Below, piece by piece: positions 60,308-64,000 of a stretch of DNA of 64,000 bases. Every line of letters starts with the position of its first letter. Within the stretch, counting starts at the first letter, position 1. This DNA is from a virus. Its lineage: Duplodnaviria; Caudoviricetes. The stretch lies in the IMG/VR virus record IMGVR_UViG_3300031994_000047, positions 1 through 64,000 of that record, one strand, 5' to 3'. The notes beneath the pieces were generated by a model that worked only from the letters and a program-made list of their open reading frames with translations, made no database searches and was not told the origin of the DNA. The position numbers and the translations under genes are program-made.

Positions 60308-60708
60308 CCCGCTTCAAATTTGAAATGCTGGACTGCTATCCTCACAACGCGGGCGCGCGGATAGAATGCTCTATCCGCTTCAGGCTGACGGGCGACGCGG
60401 GACGGCTTGACAATGTGCGGGCTGACCGCGGGAGCGACGTGCTGACCTATCAGGTCAAGAGCGCCCGCGCAACAGTCGCCCACGGCACTGACCTGAGAGC
60501 CTACCTGGCAAGCGATGCGAGTACTGAATATATCTATGGAACGCGAGACGGACAAGCTTACGTGATGAACCGCGAGACCTATATAAGCTTTTGCGAGAGG
60601 TTCGGAGCTATCACGAGAGACAGTGAAAAGAACGGCGGTGAGCAAAAGATACGACTCGGGCACGAAACGAAGGCTCTGCTGAGGTGGCTCGAGGAGCGGG
60701 TGGATTGA
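60304..60708 (+). CDS. Early hypothetical protein, paralog of 61581-61976
   Basis: AGGAGG RBS; YQVKSARATV, TRDSEKNGG.QKIRLGHETK. Confidence 0.75.
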   Translation: MTRFKFEMLDCYPHNAGARIECSIRFRLTGDAGRLDNVRADRGSDVLTYQVKSARATVAHGTDLRAYLASDASTEYIYGTRDGQAYVMNRETYISFCERFGAITRDSEKNGGEQKIRLGHETKALLRWLEERVD

Positions 60709-60832
60709 CCACCCGCCCCACCCAGGCGGGTGAGATGGTCATCCGCTCGGGTATTCACAGACTGTTTACAATTCGGCTCTTGACAAAGCGAGAGCCAGAT
60801 GGTATAATAAAGGCACAAGGAGGATGAAGCTA

Positions 60833-60964
60833 ATGTATGAACTGAGAGTCAATGGAGAGACCGTCCAGGTCATAAACGGCGCTGAAGCCGCGGGCGCCGC
60901 CTATTGCGAGGCAAGAGCGCGCTACAGCGAGATGGCGCTTATCGAACTCATAGAGGTTCGATAA
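60833..60964 (+). CDS. 43-aa early protein
   Basis: Promoter, AAGGAGG RBS. Confidence 0.6.
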   Translation: MYELRVNGETVQVINGAEAAGAAYCEARARYSEMALIELIEVR

Positions 60965-61061
60965 GCCCTCTCACCAGGCAAGACGTTCATAATTTATTAA
61001 CAATCAAGCTATTGACAAATCAAATATAATATGTTATAATACAATCACAGGAGGAAGAAAA

Positions 61062-61208
61062 ATGAGTATTGAGAAAAGAATTGAAGAAAATGAATACAAA
61101 ATCTGGCTTATCGAGGTATCAACGGATTTTTTGAGTGAAAAGGACTGGGACAAAATCCGCGCGCTTCAGCGTGAAAACAGAGAACTTAAGAAGATTCTGG
61201 AAAAGTAA
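61062..61208 (+). CDS. 48-aa early protein
   Basis: Promoter, AGGAGG RBS. Confidence 0.65.
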   Translation: MSIEKRIEENEYKIWLIEVSTDFLSEKDWDKIRALQRENRELKKILEK

Positions 61209-61580
61209 AAGGGTTATGACTTTATCACAATAAAGTGATAAAGTTATAATTTACTTCAAGTTAGTTATGACTAACTTTGTGCCCGGGCGTTCAGTTAGTT
61301 ATAACTAACTTTACAGTAGTTCGGGTTAGTCATGACTAACTTTCTATAATAAAATTGTGAATAAATTGTAAACAATTAAAAAAAGTATTGACTTTTCCTT
61401 TAATATATGATATAATAGACTGGGGTAGAAGGGGAAGGTTGATCTGCGGTTAGTTATAACTAACTAATTCCAGAATTTTTGTTCATAAAAAATTCATAAA
61501 GAAATTTTGCGAAAACTATTGACAAATCTGCCCGAGCGTGATATAATATACTCGTAAGATAAAGAAAGGAAGTCACAACA

Positions 61581-61976
61581 ATGACCAAATTCAACTTCAC
61601 TCTTCTCAACAACTACAAGAACAATGGACAGAATGTCGAGCAGTCAATCAGGTTCACTCTCACAGGCAAAATCGAAAAAGCCGACAACATCGCCCACAAC
61701 AAAGGCACTGATTGCCTCAACTACCAAATCAAGAGCGCTCGCGCTACAGTATGCAAGGGACGGAACCTTAAAACTTATCTTGATGAAGACGCAAGCAAGG
61801 CTTACATATACGGCACGCTTGATGGAATGGCTTACATAATGAGTCGCCAGGAATATGAAAACTTTATAGCGAATTTTGGATCTCTCACAAGAGAAAGCGA
61901 AAAAAATGGCGGCGGCGAAAAAATTCGACTCGGACATGAAACGAAAAAAATGCGGGAATGGTTGGAGAGACTCTGA
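61581..61976 (+). CDS. Early hypothetical protein, paralog of 60304-60708
   Basis: YQIKSARATV, TRESEKNGGGEKIRLGHETK; stem-loop at 61962-61986. Confidence 0.75.
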   Translation: MTKFNFTLLNNYKNNGQNVEQSIRFTLTGKIEKADNIAHNKGTDCLNYQIKSARATVCKGRNLKTYLDEDASKAYIYGTLDGMAYIMSRQEYENFIANFGSLTRESEKNGGGEKIRLGHETKKMREWLERL

Positions 61977-62140
61977 GTCTCTCCAAATTTTTGCCCATAA
62001 AGTTAGTCACAACTAATCGCGCCCGGGCGGATCCCGAGATTATGAACATTTTGTAAACAATTCAGGAATCTCTTGACTTTTCTGAAAAACTGTTGTATAA
62101 TATACTCGTAAGATAAAGAACACAAAAGGAACTTCCTACA

Positions 62141-62377
62141 ATGAAAGAATATCAAGAATTTATCTCGCGCGCGATAGGACTCATCATCGGGGCTCTTCTC
62201 TCCATAGTCCTAATACTTGTAGTTGGCAACTATGTCGGAGCTATAGGACTGGGCATTCTGTTCGTCGGCTACTTTACGAACTTTATGTATAACATAAAGA
62301 AAGAAAAGCCCTATTTGGTGTTAAATCTCATTTTTCTTGTTTGGACTTTTCTCTGGTTCATAGCGAGCATACTTTAA
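62141..62377 (+). CDS. Small multi-TM membrane protein
   Basis: Hydrophobic helices; promoter and RBS. Confidence 0.7.
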   Translation: MKEYQEFISRAIGLIIGALLSIVLILVVGNYVGAIGLGILFVGYFTNFMYNIKKEKPYLVLNLIFLVWTFLWFIASIL

Positions 62378-62583
62378 AATGATTCCCTCTCAATCTGGGC
62401 GCGATAGTGCGCCCTTCCTTCTTTGCATGAGTTAGTCATAACTAACTTGTGCCCGGGCGCATCAGTGCAATTTATGAACAATTTGTAAACAATTCAAAAT
62501 TCTATTGACTTTTGCTTTTTCATATGTTATAATATACCCGTAAAGAGGACAAGGACAGTCCAAAAAACCGAGGAGGAACCACA

Positions 62584-62859
62584 ATGATGAATAATAAAAT
62601 TTACTGGGTGAGCGCGAAGGCGGTTGACGGAACAGTTATCTCCAAGAAGTGCATAAGCCGCGAGCTGGCTTTTCAGTATCACTGCGCGCTGAGTGAGTGC
62701 GATGACCTTGCAAGGCTTGACCTACTGGACGCTTTTACAGGCGAGGTTCTTGACCCAAAGGAAGAGTTCTGGAAGATTGCGGAACCCAAAGAAGAGGAAG
62801 AGGACGAAGAAGAAGAGGAAGAAGAGGACGATTTTTGGAAGTTCAAAATGGAATGGTGA
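62584..62859 (+). CDS. Small early protein with poly-acidic C-terminus
   Basis: GAGGAGG RBS; EEEEDEEEEEEEDD. Confidence 0.7.
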   Translation: MMNNKIYWVSAKAVDGTVISKKCISRELAFQYHCALSECDDLARLDLLDAFTGEVLDPKEEFWKIAEPKEEEEDEEEEEEEDDFWKFKMEW

Positions 62860-62994
62860 GGGCCATTCCTTCGCCCGGGCGCGCACCAGATTCGGTAGAC
62901 TAGATCCAACATACCACCAGACCCAGGCGAAAAAATTTTTTAATTTTTTTAGAAAACCACTTGACAAATGGCGCAAGGTGTGATATAATATAGA

Positions 62995-63218
62995 CACTGA
63001 GGGAGGGGAAGCAAAGCCCAAAAGCACCGAAGAGGGTGAGGGTGTGACCCACGAGAGTCTGTAAGCCTTCCACGATAAAGTCCTCGACCGCATGGAGTCC
63101 TGTTGTGCGGTATATAAGTGTGAGCCAAGCCTTTAAGTGGGCAACCCAAAGCCTTTGGAAAGGGGACGGCAGGACAAGGCACGAGGCGGAGCAATTACGA
63201 TTGCTCCCCCTATTTTTA
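62995..63218 (+). ncRNA. Candidate structured non-coding RNA
   Basis: Consensus promoter and intrinsic terminator enclose a GC-rich segment with hairpins and no RBS-led ORF. Confidence 0.55.
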
Positions 63219-63344
63219 TGAAGTGGTTAATTATAACTAACCGACCGGGCGAAGAAAAAATTTTTAAAAACTTTTAAAAAACTATTGACAAATCTAAAAA
63301 ATTATGTTATAATATTCCCAGAAAGAAAGAGGAGGAATAAAAAA

Positions 63345-63641
63345 ATGAAGTATTCAAATCCCGAAGGTTCCATAAACTTGAACGAACTGTTCAAACTCGC
63401 GGCGGGTCTTCATGCACGCGGAAAGAAAGTCGAGGTTCGGTCACTTCATGGAGGCGCGCAGGTTTTGGTTTACAACGACGAAAATGAAAGAGAATGGGAT
63501 GCGGTCTGCCACTCGTTCTCATACGGAGGAGACAGGGGACTCATTGAGATAATGGGAGGACCAGTCGAAGATTCCGACGATGTCGAAGGATACTTGACCG
63601 CCGATGAAATACTCGCGCGCATTGATAGAGAAGAGTCGTGA
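63345..63641 (+). CDS. Small early hypothetical protein
   Basis: GAGGAGG RBS, ATG 63345; WDAVCHSFSYGG..GLIEIMG. Confidence 0.75.
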   Translation: MKYSNPEGSINLNELFKLAAGLHARGKKVEVRSLHGGAQVLVYNDENEREWDAVCHSFSYGGDRGLIEIMGGPVEDSDDVEGYLTADEILARIDREES

Positions 63642-63786
63642 AACTCTTCTCCGTCGCCCGGGCGCGAATTGTGAACAATTTGTAAACAATTAAAAATTCT
63701 ATTGACAGATTTAATTCAATAGTGTATAATATACTCGTAAGATAAAGAGAAGGAACAACTCTTAAAAACCAGAAAGAGGATAAAAA

Positions 63787-64000
63787 ATGGGAATGATGAT
63801 TAAACAGAACAAGTCCGCCGTTGAGAACTCAAAGCGCGAACAGGCTATCAAAGCCGCGCAGACCCTCAAGCAGTATTGCGCAGAGAAAAAGGGCAGTTGC
63901 GAAGGTTGTTTGTTCCTCGCTGGATGTTGCCTGCTTCAGGACCATGAGCCCGAAGACTGGGATATTCCTTCCACTCCCGTCACTCGCGAGGAAATGCACA
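63787..64000 (+). CDS. Cys-rich early protein, truncated by window end
   Basis: Promoter 63702, GAGGA RBS, YC..CEGC..C. Confidence 0.65.
   Translation, partial: MGMMIKQNKSAVENSKREQAIKAAQTLKQYCAEKKGSCEGCLFLAGCCLLQDHEPEDWDIPSTPVTREEMH

Larger units (their letters stand above)
61260..63241. repeat. Dispersed 16-bp palindrome GTTAGTYATRACTAAC (7 copies)
   Basis: 61260, 61294, 61325, 61449, 62002 (variant), 62431, 63226 (variant). Confidence 0.9.
59906..63730 (+). promoter_or_regulatory. Array of ten consensus sigmaA promoters (early region)
   Basis: TTGAC(A/T)-17-TAT(A/C)AT with -35 at 59906, 60780, 61012, 61388, 61519, 62073, 62505, 62961, 63285, 63702. Confidence 0.9.

Noticed and set aside
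63285-63344. TTG start of the 118-aa ORF (similarly 7841, 27892, 60277)
   Set aside because: The 63285 TTG is the -35 box; downstream ATGs with RBS or gene-overlap support are better starts
61260-63700. CRISPR array
   Set aside because: Repeats are only 16 bp, irregularly spaced and separated by promoters and genes; no cas genes
1-64000. Suppressor tRNA, integrase, lysis cassette
   Set aside because: No cloverleaf, recombinase, holin or endolysin could be recognised here; they may lie outside the window

Overview
A 64-kb stretch of a large, AT-rich, siphovirus-type tailed phage genome. The host is probably an anaerobic Firmicute/Clostridium-like bacterium, judging by AGGAGG RBSs, sigmaA-type promoters, class III RNR and a dockerin. 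The supplied ORF track looks shattered because the phage uses genetic code 15 (TAG = Gln). Read that way, the fragments join into full-length, abutting genes that all end in TAA/TGA. Layout: (1) 86-1180, DNA ligase (-). (2) 1324-28674, + strand replication/nucleotide operons: GIY-YIG, UvrD, type II topoisomerase B/A, AAA recombination ATPase, DnaB, primase, RecJ, two DNA MTases, DnaE, NrdH/NrdD/NrdG/FTR-like, ThyX, dUTPase, RuvC-like. (3) 28703-59508, - strand virion module: terminase split by two group I introns (one encoding an HNH), portal, protease/scaffold, capsid, head-tail proteins, three tail-tube paralogs, 2200-aa tape measure, Dit, Tal-like, fiber. (4) 59900-64000, an early-type region of repeated promoter-operator cassettes, each driving small genes, plus a candidate ncRNA. 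Highlights: a tail-tube paralog with an inserted type I dockerin (candidate cohesin/cellulosome-binding virion protein), non-random placement of recoded TAG codons, and strong GCGCGC over-representation. Gene boundaries were reconstructed by hand; in the longest genes frame continuity was checked at fragments rather than at every codon.
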